From contig NIVC01000415.1 in assembly GCA_002269645.1 (NCBI GenBank), positions 248,001 to 312,000 of the forward strand: a DNA stretch of 64,000 bases. Direction: 5' to 3'. Of this stretch, positions 1 through 13,104 are shown in pieces. The DNA is from Macrostomum lignano (Eukaryota). Under the pieces are notes generated by a model, which worked only from the letters and a program-made list of their open reading frames with translations, did no database searches and was not told the DNA's origin. The first letter of the stretch is position 1, and each line of letters begins with the position of its first letter. The translations under genes were made by a program, and so were the position numbers.

Positions 1-77
1 TTCAAACAGCAAGACTGTAGTGGTAATAGTTCGCAATAAGAGTCTGGAAAGGAATGACGTCAGCAAATTGCACAAAC

Positions 78-80
<3 letters not shown>

Positions 81-112
<32 letters not shown>
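81..112. repeat. (GA)n microsatellite
   Basis: About 16 perfect GA units. Confidence 0.95.
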
Positions 113-117
<5 letters not shown>

Positions 118-3100
118 GGGAGAGAGAAGTGGACTCAAGTGAATCTGTAAGCGCACTTATTTCATAGTTGCTACAACCACAAAACACCGACCTTTAAAGA
201 ACAAAAACAGCTAGGGGAAAAACAAAAATATTCTGTTTTCAAATTTCGCACACAGAATAACAACATAGCACTACGAGCGTAAAGAATTCTGACTGGACTT
301 CTCTCTCTCTCTAAAATTATACCGACGAACTGTTGGCAGTGATGAGTTATTAAAGCTGTTTACACCAGCACTACCTTGGCATTATAAACATAGATATTGA
401 GACAAAAAACTTAGCAACACGCTTGACAACTACTCGTAGTTTAAGGTTTTTTGTTGTTTATGCATGAAACAAAATATGCTTAGAGTTTTTAGGCAAGGAC
501 AACTTCAAAGTGCAAAATACTTAACGCCAACACTAACCTGCGCCACAGCGCCTGTGAGAACTGCCTCACCATTTCCTCTGTGAAACTGTCATCATCATTT
601 CTGTGAACCTTTCATATCGCTGCCTGTGAACCCGTCTGACTGTATTTTCATTGAATGTGCCTCTTTTTTTTATATAAATCTGAATCTCCCTTGATTTACA
701 TGTGTACTGTATGAATCTGTCCAAAATGCTAATTACATGTTTGTATATAGAAAATTTATATATTTCTCGTTAAAAGTATATCGGATTGTCGACCTAATTT
801 CTTCGAATTCTGCTCCTAGAAATTATATTTACAGCCAGTATTGTATTGCATAATTTAGTGCACTGGCACTAGCCAAAAAAACTGTTTAACTTTTTAATGA
901 AACACAATTTCCAATTGGCTAGATCATAAATGGTACAGTACACGCAGTCTAACTACTCAAAGTAGTAAGAATTGAGTAGAAGGGACACTAGCTTAATTAA
1001 AGGAAAAAGCACAGATAATATCATAACTCTGAATATCAACTCATGAACAGTTAAGCTTTAGACTGAGATTAGATTGGCATTCGTGAATGATTTTCATGTT
1101 ATTGCAGCAATAATAGATAGTGGCTTTGAGCCAGTGCTTGCTAGCTCTAGTGTACTCTAGCATACTTTGTGGTTTCCTCACACAAGGCACTAGTCATCAG
1201 AGCCTGTGAATAATGACAAGACCAGACGATAAAATTGCTAGATTACAAGTTTTTTTCAGTGATGAATTTGTGAATCATCTGGCCTAGGCATCGCAGGCAG
1301 CAAAATATTTGCACCTGAAAAGACTAAATATCTACTGCCTTACAGAATACTGCCATTACCAGTTTATTAGATAAAAATGAAACACAGTTGGAAGCAAAAT
1401 AAATTGTCAATGTTTTAAATAAGCAGAAAGGGATAGGTAGCAAAGACAATTCAATTATTTAGATTCATGCTAGCACTAATCCAGAGAGTTGCACATTAAA
1501 TCTGGGTCTGAGTTTCTTTTTGTACTTTAATGCTTCAAAATTAGACAATAGAAACACCAAGGTGTGCAGGCTAGTCAATGATCTCAAAGTTTTCAAGTAC
1601 ATCTTTCTTGACACAGTTGTCATATACAATGCTTACAAATTGTAATTTTTTAGGCCTTGCCTATAGTCCAGTAAGTCTCAATGACTAAAGTGTTAATAGT
1701 AAAATATAGATATCAATAGATATGAGATACAACTATTGTCATTGATAAGATACTATTCCAAACCCTGATCTGTCTACAAGACATCCCAATAGAAGCTCTA
1801 GTCTATTGGTGCACACTGTGTATCCTTGATCTGACCTCTTGCAGGCTATATACATGGCAAAAAATCTGTGTATGCATGGTATATACTTAGGACTATAAGG
1901 TCATAATTGTGTACTATATTGCCTTGGAATATCAAAATTAGAAAGGTATATATAGTTAAGATGGCAATTGACAATGATTTTATCTACTATGTTTTATCTG
2001 CTCCTTTGTGTCTACTAATATTCATTGAAAGTAATTTTGTATATCAATTTAGTCATTTTGTTTGCCATGCAAATTTTTAGACCTACAAGATATATAATAA
2101 GTTGCAACACTTCAAGCTTTAAATAAAGAGTTATAGTCTTCATGGGAGCCTTTCCAATGATTCTTAGTTATCCTCAAATGTTGAAAACTAAAAAAATGCA
2201 TAATCAAGTATGTGAAAAAAATATATATGCACATATAGGATTGTATTTAATTCAGCAGATTCTCAAGTATTGTGCTTTGGATTGTATAGAAACACATTAC
2301 TGATTGTGTTCTATATATATACATAAAATATAAGAGTATTGCAAAGATATAGCATGCCTTTCATACAAATTCTATTAAAAAAGTAAGTTACACGTAATTA
2401 GGCTTGTTTTAATAGTAGAACTACTAAAGGGAAAGGGAGATTCCCACCCTAACAATTTTTGCTGCACTAGAATAGAGCAACATAGGCACAAGAAATTTAG
2501 GAACATAGGCTAACTTTTGGCTGTGTACCTTCTCAAACAAGAATCAGTCTCCAAATTTCCAAATGTGCTTCTGAATATAAAGAAATCAAAAAACCAAAGT
2601 AAAATTATGCAAACATAAAAGAAATACAACTTTTGAAAAGAGAAAGTAAATTTAAAAAATGAAAACTCAAAATTTAATGTCATATTGTTCATTTTTATAA
2701 TTGTTTGCTTTTGCAGTAACATATATTTTTCAAGTGTTTTTAAGTAAAGTTACTTAAATTTGGGACCTTTGAGGCATTTAACCTAAAGTTTCAGAAACAT
2801 TTTAGGTAATCATTGTTTAAGTATAATCATTACTTTGTTTTTTTCAAAATACAAATGCAATGGACTTTACATGCACTGTACATAGTAATGTAATCAAATT
2901 GCACAAACATAATGTCAGTTAGTATTAGTAATTGGAATTAGTTAGATTAGATATATAAGAATTAAGTTCAATTCAATTCAGATACTAGATAGATTAGTAT
3001 AAGCCCAAGCTAGATTGAATCTTGTCAGTAAATTATTGTACAACACTACTATGGTTACTAATTAGATGACAAAACATTTTTGTCACTAGTTACTCCCGCC

Positions 3101-5816
3101 GTTTACCTTTTACTTTTTTTACATTTGGAAACACATTTGGATATTCGGATTTGGAATTTTTTGTACATTCGGATTTGGTTTTGGAAACTTGCAAGAATCT
3201 ACATTTGGTCCATCACTAATAGAATGCTTGAGAGACTAGCTGATGATGCTAATGAAGAAGTTAGAACTGATGTAGATGCATGTGGTTGACAAGCTGAATA
3301 AATTTAGAGGCTTGGCAAGGCTGCACTGAGATGCAATACTGATTGATGCACAGGGGTACACTGAATACACTAGCAATCAAAGAAAAAAACTAACATTCTA
3401 ACAGAATTGTTGAATATCTTGATAGTCTGCAAGGCTGATGACTTGATATTGATTATTGTTGAAGAAAATATAGAACCAAAAGTTAGCTTGTGTTTCTGAA
3501 TTTCATATGCTTGCATTTATTACATTGCTCCATTTCAGTGTTGCAAAAAATGTCAGGTAGAGAGAGGGAGAAGACCCACTCTTGGTGGTTCAATAGTCAG
3601 AAAAATGGCTTGGTATTCCTTATATTAATTCATACAAGTCTGTTTTGCAGGCTTAGGACTATAGAACTTAGACTTGCATCCCATTTATTGGCTAGAAAAT
3701 GTTGTTTTGTTTGCTAGCAAAAAGGTAGCAGACAAAATCATAGCATACAAATATGGCTAAAACATCAAATCTTTCTATTTATTACATCATTATTAGTACT
3801 ATCTTTGCTTACATACATTAATTTCTAATTTACTAGCTATTCTTATGCTATTAATAGATTTGAAACCAATTATCAATAATATATTCTCTATCTTTTGGGA
3901 TGTTTGCTTTGGTAGATAGGGCAATTGCTCATTTTGTCTCCTATTGTAGCCAAGGTCTGAATTGCACCAGGTGCCCCCCTTTCTTGCAGCAATGCAACAG
4001 TGACATATGTAGGATTTTCTATGGATTTTCCATAGTTAAAACAATAAAGGATCTTTTTAAGTGGGTTGCTTTTCTCTTTCTTTGTAAGCTTGCAGAACTG
4101 CAATTTAAAAATTTACATTACATGCAGAAAATATAATATAATGAATAGTATGTAAACCTAGAAATTTAAGTAAATGTTCAAAAACTTTAAACTTTAAGTC
4201 TCAAACAACAACTACATTTTTTCTGCAAGTTTGTACATTCACTGCAACATGCAATACTGCTCTGCTCTTCAACCCCACCATATGATACAACACTACCTGC
4301 CTTTCTTAAATTTGTGATCACAATGCAATACTGGAAAATATTGAATGTGTGGTGGACAGCTATTTATGATTTGTTAACTTATTCCAAAATAGGTCATTTG
4401 CTATACTGAGACATACATGCGCAACAGTCAGCCAAGTCGGCCGATCTGGCTGACTGATTTGGCGACCAACCAAGGAAGTCGCAAAAATGCCCACTCAAAA
4501 AAACACCCAAGTAGTAGTACTAAGTAGCTGATGAGGCATTTTGGCTTAATAAGAGAGTCATAGTTACTCCTGCCGTTTACCTAAAGTTGCGTTAATTTTG
4601 CTTAACAGTTTTTTTACATGCAAGTCACATTTTTGGCCAAAAACTACGTCGCATTTTTGTTAAAACTAAGTCACATGGCCAACCGAATTTTGGAGGTTGC
4701 GCATGTATGTACTGAGACCTTCCTCTTCACCTCCATCTCTATGTGTGCCACTGCCCTTTGCCCTACACCATTGACATGTGCCATGACATTGCTATATATT
4801 ACACACTATACCACTGCCAAGGCCAACCTACATTAGACACTGTTTGCAATGCCAATAATTACCATTAGCTACAATAGGGGTTTTGTCTTTAAACCCTTTT
4901 GGCCATAGTTTTTTTGCCCTTAGACTATTTTGTCCATAGATTATTTTGCCCCTAAGCCAATTTGGTTATAAACTAGGGCTTAGGCCTAGGCATTCTTTGT
5001 TAGACTTACAAAAAGTTGAACTCTATTCTATCTATTTATTTTGCAATTTTACTTTCAGTAACAATTAAGTATTATTGCTTTGAAAAAAGACAAAATATAA
5101 TCTTACAAAGGCAATCAAGTGTTTCTTTTATTTTCTAACTTAATTTGCAGTTGTTTAAGTACTAGGTTATCTTCTTGATTCAAAATATTTTGTTTTCTAG
5201 ACTTTTTGTTAAAACTACGGCTATGGGAACTATGGGAATATGGTAATATTAGGGTCCCTATGGCTACAGAATATGGAGAATTGGAATAAGCCATAGTTTT
5301 GCTTACGGCTATGGCTACGGTACATAGACCCTCCTTATGGCGGAACACTAACCTAAATAGTAAAAATTTCATTTTTATTCATTTCTATTCTGATCTCTAT
5401 TCATTTTTTGCTTAAAATAAACCTCAGATGTATACTAATAGCATAATAGATTTTGCATAATAGAAATGTCACTTGTGCAAAATGCATCAAGTAAATTAAT
5501 GTTGATTTTCATTTTTTCTTTATCAATTGAAATTATTGAAATTATTGATAATTGAATTATCAATAATTGCCAAGTGAGCAACTTTATCTAAATTATCTAC
5601 CTAATCTTCAATAAGACCTCCATGCTCCTATTGAAGTTTATGTATGTAAAATCAATCCATGAAGATTCTCTCTATTCTAAACTCCATAGTTAGGAAGGTG
5701 CCCTATATGCCAGAATTTTTTTGCATGCATTAGGCCTAGGCCTAGCCTTGGATAGCTTATTGCCATGCATATTTGGCATGTTTGAATCTTAAAGGTCACA
5801 TAATTTTGACATTTTG

Positions 5817-6310
5817 GCCAGGATGGAATTCTTGCACGAAAATTGCAACGCATTTTTGCGTTCGGGAAAAAAATTGCAAAAAATTGTGCAACGCAAAAAA
5901 ACATTGCGCACTTGTACGGGCTGCAAAAAATGCGACAAAAATTACAAATTATTTTGCAACTGTTTGCACAGTTTAAATTTATAAATAATTACTGACTTTA
6001 CTGTGTTAAATCTAGAATTACTACAAAAACGTAACATTTATAGTTCATTATTTACGAACTGTTTAAATTTAAAATTCTCTACTTAAAAAAACAAAGATAA
6101 TCAGTTTAATATTTATTGTAACGAGTCGTCAAAAAATGCAAGTATAAGACTATTGCAAAACATTATTTTGACAATTGGTAATGCTAAAAATTGCACCACT
6201 AAATTTTGTTTAAGATTGTAAAATTGTGTTGGGTTCAATATGGAATTGCGCACCAAAAAAAAGTCGCAATTTTCCATTTTATATGCCAGATGCAAGAATT
6301 CCATGCTGGC
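5817..6310. mobile_element. Possible old MITE (non-autonomous DNA element)
   Basis: gccaggatggaattcttgca (5817-5836) is the reverse complement of 6291-6310 with 1 mismatch. A second, outer inverted pair (atgccagaattt ~5707 / aaattctggcat ~6389) is also present. No ORF and no TSD identified. Confidence 0.4.
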
Positions 6311-8467
6311 ATTTTGGCATTCATGACAAAGTCACGTTTCCAATTTTTATATACTTGGAATAGGCCTACACCTAAAATTTTGCTATAAAATTCTGGCATT
6401 CACTGGACACCTTCCTGACAGTGGCATAAACCCCCTATAGCCATATTCTCTATGCCCTAGTTGTTAGACCCCAAGTGCTTGCAGCTTGTTGGCCCCCCCC
6501 CTTCCCCAAGACCTGCTCCCTTGCCCTGAGACCCCCTCCTGAGAGCCACCTACCCTCAGTCTTGGAATTTATCTACCTAGGCCTAATCTTCAATCAACTC
6601 CCATGCCTCTATTGAAGTTTAGGTAGGCTTACATAATATCAATCCCCATGAAGATTCTCCTCATCCTAAAACCCTTATTCCCTTGCCCCAGTGGTTTGCT
6701 TTAAGCTACAAAAAACGAAACTAAAATTTGAAACTAGCATCATAAAAAACTCCCACAGAGACAAAATTATGATCACTATCAAAACTGCAACTATTTTATT
6801 TACCTAAAGTTCAAGAGATGTGGCTTTTTTGGTCATGCACCACTAAAAATCATCCAAAAAGAAACTTTAAAACATTAGATTGCTTCATGCTATAGGCGTA
6901 TAGCTATACTTACAGCCTATGCTGATGTTGATTATGCTATTGCTCACTAGTGTCCCTATATTATTTTAAGACAAAAATACAAATACAAAAAATACTGAAA
7001 AAATACAAGCAAACTGCTAAGGATTCAAGGAATAATGATTAGATATGTTATGATATATAGTGCATTAGGATCGATAGGTATTTATGTTACTAGGCCCTAA
7101 CATGGTAAATAATCAATATAATAATTACGAGATAAGCTTTCAGGACTCGTATAACCTCATTTTGTTCGTAGACAGTGAGTTATTGACATAGTATGAGTTT
7201 TCATGGAAACAAACGTTCAGTCTTAAATTTAAATAAGCTGCAGCAATTTAACAAAAACGCGATTGTATTAGACTTTTAAAGTAAAACAGCATGTCCTTAA
7301 GTAATTCTATATTTTTTGAAAATTTTATTGATTACGTACATAATAGTTAGGAAAAATATTGCGTTGATTTAATTGCGCATCCGACAGTACATAATTCTTT
7401 CTTTTAAATTGTCGTAGACTTGAGGCCAACACTTTTGCTATTTCTCAATTTTCGCCTTTTTCTGCATGTCGTATTTTTATCCCTTTCAAGGACCGAGAGG
7501 ACACCAAAAGGACCCCGGCCCAGATGACTCAATATTTCGGATCCCTGCAAGTGAACCCCCTCTTCGAGCTTCGCGGTTTCTGCATATATGTTACTGTCAT
7601 TTTTATTTTGTCCATTTTTGATAGGCACGTGTTCGCCTATCGAATGAACTGCATGTTCCACGCCTTGGAACCCATTTGCGTGAACGTGTGTTATTTAAAT
7701 CCCGCTCTCTTAATTAACTTGCTCTTACATGTACGGCCTACTCCCTCTCGTTAACGTACTGCTGTTTAAAATTATTTAACCTAGATAACCCCCACCGTGG
7801 CTCTGACGTTTCTTTCGTTCGTTTTTAGCTCTAACGTTGAACAATTCATTTACGTGTAGCCTTAACATCTACCATTGTATTTAACCAATAGACCAATCAA
7901 ACTCCCTCCGTTGATCAATAAGCCATATATTAGCACTATCTTGAAACACATGTACTTTTCCCACGGGGCGCGGGCGTAGAACTTCAAATTAACTCTTTAC
8001 TCGAAATACATGTAGCTCTGAGAACTAACGGGTCCCGTATACGTTATATAATTACGGTGGTGGCAGCGATGTGTATATACACTATACTCTTCTAGCAACA
8101 CACTTCGTCGCGGCAACGTCGCGAATTGGTCGCGGTAGGTCGCGAAAGTCGCAGCCTTTATTGGTGAAACTTTGACGTCGCGAAAACGTCGCGAAAACGT
8201 CGGAAATTAAAGTATCAAAAAAAGTTGGAATTTAACTAAATCAGCCTGTTATACCTTTGATCAGACAGTGTATTACTGCAATATGTACTGCCTCTGAATT
8301 TAAAAGATGGAAATAGAAAATGGCATAGCCATATAATCATGTCCAGCTACATGTACATGTATGTAGATGTGGAACAGAATTTGAGGTTCCAAAATAATGT
8401 ATTGGTATTCATAGCAATTAGGGGCGTTAATCAATTATACTGCATGCTAGATTATTATTAAGAAAAC

Positions 8468-11166
8468 GGGAGTACGAGATCTGCTAGCAAGAAATTTGCT
8501 TGCCGAAATCTGCTAGCCGATGTTTGCTAGCCAAAATGTGCTAGCCGAAATCTGCTAGCCGAAATCTACTAGCCGAAGTTTGCTAGCAAGAATTTTGCTA
8601 GCGAGGATTTTGCTAGCCGAAATCTGCTAGCGATAATCTAAGAAATAAATAATATTATATTCTACAGAGATCCCAGACAAAGCTACACGAAAGTTTAGGA
8701 TGCATCAAGCATCATGCATTTTGTTTATCAAATTTGTTTAAAATCAAAAGGAATTATGATACGAGTACGAGCGTGCTTTGCTACGAGCAAAGAAATGTGC
8801 ATTTGCTTGTGTTTTTCAACTTTTTCATGATATGCAATGGAGTGCAACAGCCGCTATATGCGGTTATTATATAATACTCGTATTAAAATAATATTTCCAT
8901 TACGTAGTTTCCACCTGCATTTGTTTTAAGAGTGTTAAACCTCGTTTTGCTGTTTATAAAAAACAGATGATAAAGGTAATATTGTTCGAGTTGATAATAA
9001 AAAACGTTTTGTTTCAAAAATCATTTAATTGCGATCTGATTTCCTGGTTTAGTTATTTATTTTTTAAACGTGGCATTCCATCTCCTCGAAAATCACAGTG
9101 TGATTTTCGAAGTGTGATTTTCAACCTTTACAAAGACTAGTTAGGTCGGAGCGCAAGCATAGAGAATTAATTACGGGTCTAAAGAATCAAAACTTTTCTT
9201 CAAGTTTGTTGGCTCTGTTGTTTTGTTTGCCCGCTCTCGGTAGTCAGAGTAAATTAAGAAGGCAATCTGTTGTGGGGACGAATTAATCTGGACGACTTAA
9301 TCTGCAGCCTAGCCTTCGCCGTGGGTTCTCGTACATGTACGTGTTAAAACGCAATCAGTAGATGACGTCATAGACAAAAAGAAAATAAGATTTAAGTTTT
9401 AACGTAGGTGGATTGAAAAGTTCATATACAAGCTATTGAATAAAGTAAATATATTACATCCATGATCACAGGGTTTAAGAGCTTGCGGGCCACACCTGCA
9501 TAGAGTTTTTGCTTGTACACAGTGCCGTAAGCGATGGAAAATATCTATACATTAACAATACATATAGCTATAGTAAATTTTACCTTGGACACACATGTAT
9601 CTAGCTATAGATACTGTACACCAACATGTGTGTTACTGTATGCTAAAGTACTGTTTATGCTAAAACTGCACTTGGAAATCGTCAAAATCATTTATATTTT
9701 TTTGTCCTATTTTACTCGTAGACATTTGATAATGTTTTAGCATTATCAGCTGTAAATCCGTAGTTCAGGTAGTTCAGGCAGCTGTAGTTCAGGTAATTAA
9801 ATTTAAGCTACGAGAGCAAGGCAGCTAGCAAGTTCAGCTAGCAAAATTCTTGCTAGCAAAATTCCTGCTAGCAAACTTCGGCTAGCAGATTTCGGCTAGC
9901 AAACTTCGGCTAGCAGATTTCGGCTGGCAAACTTCGGCTAGCAGATTTCGGCAAGCAGATTTCGGCTGGCAAACTTCGGCTAGCAGATTTCGGCTAGCAA
10001 ACTTCGGCTAGCAGATTTCGGCAAGCAGATTTCGGCTGGCAAACTTCGGCTAGCAGATTTCGGCTGGCAAACTTCGGCTAGCAGATTTCGGCTGGCAAAC
10101 TTCGGCTAGCAGATTTCGGCAAGCAGATTTCGGCTGGCAAACTTCGGCTTGCAGATTTCGGCTGGCAAACTTCGGCTAGCAGATTTCGGCAAGCAGATTT
10201 CGGCTGGCAAACTTCGGCTTGCAGATTTCGGCTGGCAAACTTCAGCTAGCAGATTTCGGCTGGCAAACTTCGGCTAGCAGATTTCGGCTGGCAAACTTCG
10301 GCTAGCAGATTTCGGCAAGCAGATTTCGGCTGGCAAACTTCGGCTAGCAGATTTCGGCTGGCAAACTTCGGCTAGCAGATTTCGGCTGGCAAACTTCGGC
10401 TAGCAGATTTCGGCAAGCAGATTTCGGCTGGCAAACTTCGGCTAGCAGATTTCGGCTGGCAAACTTCGGCTAGCAGATTTCGGCTGGCAAACTTCGGCTA
10501 GCAGATTTCGGCAAGCAGATTTCGGCTAGCAGATTTCGGCAAGCAGATTTCGGCTGGCAAACTTCGGCTAGCAGATTTCGGCTGGCAAACTTCGGCTAGC
10601 AGATTTCGGCAAGCAGATTTCGGCTGGCAAACTTCGGCTAGCAGATTTCGGCTGGCAAACTTCGGCTAGCAGATTTCGGCTGGCAAACTTCGGCTAGCAG
10701 ATTTCGGCAAGCAGATTTCGGCTGGCAAACTTCGGCTTGCAGATTTCGGCTGGCAAACTTCGGCTAGCAGATTTCGGCAAGCAGATTTCGGCTGGCAAAC
10801 TTCGGCTTGCAGATTTCGGCAAGCAAATTTCTCGCTAGCAAACTTCGGCTAGCAGATTTCGGCTGGCAAACTTCGGCTAGCAGATTTCGGCTAGCAGATT
10901 TCGGCTGGCAAACTTCGGCTTGCAGATTTCGGCAAGCAAATTTCTCGCTAGCAAACTTCGGCTAGCAGATTTCGGCTAGCAGATTTCGGCTGGCAAACTT
11001 CGGCTTGCAGATTTCGGCAAGCAAATTTCTTGCTAGCAAACTTCGGCTAGCAGATTTCGGCTAGCAGATTTCGGCTGGCAAACTTCGGCTTGCAGATTTC
11101 GGCAAGCAAATTTCTCGCTAGCAAACTTCGGCTAGCAGATTTCCTGCTAGCAAATTTCATAGACCC
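8468..11166. mobile_element. Foldback-like element with asymmetric inverted arms built from 14-bp units
   Basis: Left arm (~8468-8632) is about 12 units of atctgctagccgaa. Right arm (~9823-11166) is about 95 units of the reverse complement (ttcggctagcagat/aaac). Variant units occur in mirrored order. Termini are GGG...CCC around a ~1.2-kb non-coding core. Confidence 0.7.
9823..11160. repeat. 14-bp (28-bp dimer) tandem array, right arm of the foldback element
   Basis: Alternating gctagcagatttcg / gctggcaaacttcg units. Confidence 0.95.
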
Positions 11167-11217
11167 TAATTTATATTGGACGCCTCATTTTGAGTAAAGG
11201 ACAGTTCTCTTTCATGG

Positions 11218-11556
11218 TAATAATAAAAGTAATAATAATAATTGATTACACCTGCCCCAGGTGGGCCAGATGTGCAGCCGACAGCTCAGCCGCATCTGAA
11301 GGCTCTGAAGGCTGTTCAGTCCGAGGACTGGGGGGGTCGCCACACACACCCTTAATTACCCCAGCTAATGCTGGCACCCATTTTACAGCTGGGTGAACTG
11401 AAGCAATGCATAGTCGGGGTGCATGATATTGGTATAACACGCGAGCGCCGGTATAATTAAGTTTCTTGCTCCAAGTACACAGATTGTTCCAGTGGGATCG
11501 AGAATCGAACCCCTGACGTGATTCCGACGCTTTGACCACTTAATGCTACAACCCCC
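11218..11556 (-). mobile_element. tRNA-derived CORE-type SINE, copy 1
   Basis: On the minus strand: tRNA-like head with B box GGTTCGATTCTC, CORE-like body (cagctgtaaaatgggt) and (ATT)n tail. Similar along its length to 19807-20069 and 34553-34881. Carries an extra ~44-bp insertion near 11413-11457. Confidence 0.8.
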
Positions 11557-11665
11557 TTAAAATTATACACTGTCACGGTGAAATTATTTATTTGTTTAAT
11601 TCATTTGTCTAAACCTGTTTAAAAGACGATATCAACTATCAGTGAAGCAGTATTTTATGGCTTTT

Positions 11666-11746
<81 letters not shown>

Positions 11747-12048
11747 GAAACAGCAACAGCAACAGCAACAACAGCAGCAACAACAGCAACAACAGCAACA
11801 ACAACAACAACAACAGCAACAACAACAACAACAACAGCAACAACAACAACAACAACAACAGCAGCAACAACAGCAACAACAACAACAACAACAGCAGCAA
11901 CAACAGCAACAACAACAACAACAACAGCAACAACAACAGCAACAACAGCAACAACAACAACAACAACAGCAACAACAACAGCAACAACAACAGCAGCAAC
12001 AACAGCAACAACAGCAACAACAACAACAACAACAGCAACAACAACAGC

Positions 12049-12079
<31 letters not shown>

Positions 12080-12098
12080 GCAGCAGCAACAGCAACAA

Positions 12099-12130
<32 letters not shown>

Positions 12131-12219
12131 GCAACAACAGCAACAAGAACAGCAACAACAACAACAACAGCAACAACAGCAACAACAGCAACAACAACAA
12201 CAACAACAGCAGCAACAGC

Positions 12220-12253
<34 letters not shown>

Positions 12254-12402
12254 GCAACAACAACAGCAACAACAGCAACAACAACAGCAACAAGAACAGC
12301 AACAACAACAACAACAACAACAACAACAGCAACAACAGCAACAACAACAGCAACAACAACAGCAACAACAACAACACCAACAGCAACAACAGCAACAACA
12401 GC

Positions 12403-12445
<43 letters not shown>

Positions 12446-12464
12446 GCAGCAGCAACAGCAACAA

Positions 12465-12496
<32 letters not shown>

Positions 12497-12561
12497 GCAA
12501 CAACAGCAACAACAGCAACAACAACAGCAACAAGAACAGCAACAACAACAGCAACAACAAC
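11666..12561. repeat. Compound (AAC)n/(AGC) trinucleotide microsatellite, ~0.9 kb
   Basis: Directly visible. It generates the poly-T, poly-V and poly-L ORFs in the track. Confidence 0.97.
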
Positions 12562-13104
12562 AGACTCCGTGAGATTAGCCAAGTTACCAGAGTGGTGCTG
12601 CAGTGGGTACCCGGTCATGTTGGTGTCGCGGGCAACGAGGATGTCGACCAGGAGGCTAAGGAAGCAGCGGCTCTACCGCAGGACGACGTCCCCGTCAAGT
12701 GGAACTGTGTAAAGGCAGCCATCAGGAAGGAGCCGGCGCCCCCGCCCTCTGATGAGCGTCTCCGTAGGGTCTACAAGCACAAAATTATCAAATGCGCTGA
12801 AAATCGCAGCACGGAGACCACACTCGCCCAACTCAGATGTGGTCAATGCAAGAAGACGGCCTACTGGCGACAAAAAATCGGTGCTGAGGCAAAGGCGAGT
12901 TGTCAGGACTGCGGTGAGGAAGAGGACAAGGACCACTGGGTGTGGTGCGACAGGTGGCATAAGGAGAGGGCGCGTTTTGGTATTCAAGGTCTGGAGGATC
13001 TGGGAGATGAAGCGAAGGTGCTAGGGTTCCTGAAGTGCACGCACCCTGAGTGGGTGCAATGAGAGAACCCGCCCAGCCGAAGACACACACACACACACAC
13101 ACAC
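12562..13104 (+). mobile_element. 5'-truncated non-LTR retrotransposon (I/R1-group): RNase H C-terminus plus CCHC motif
   Basis: ORF 12592-13062 extends upstream in frame (RLREISQVTR). It contains LQWVPGHVGVAGNEDVDQEAK (RNase H motif) and CQDCGEEEDKDHWVWC (C-x2-C-x8-H-x3-C). A ~20-nt 3' UTR follows, then (AC)n. Confidence 0.85.

Noticed and set aside
1403-1645. Possible piggyBac transposase relic (IVNVLNKQKGIGSKD; KVFKYIFLDTVVIYNAYKL)
   Set aside because: Only vague motif resemblance, spacing too long and stops present; needs a tBLASTn/HMM search.
7404-7661. 85-aa ORF with basic C-terminus (possible transposase end)
   Set aside because: No recognisable motif or flanking TIRs.
8105-8203. Cluster of about 7 GTCGC(GA) motifs
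   Set aside because: Likely a subterminal repeat of a decayed element, but no partner end or TSD was found.
11632-12712. Mucin-like poly-Thr, poly-Val and poly-Leu ORFs
   Set aside because: Products of the AAC/AGC microsatellite; no signal peptide or splice support.
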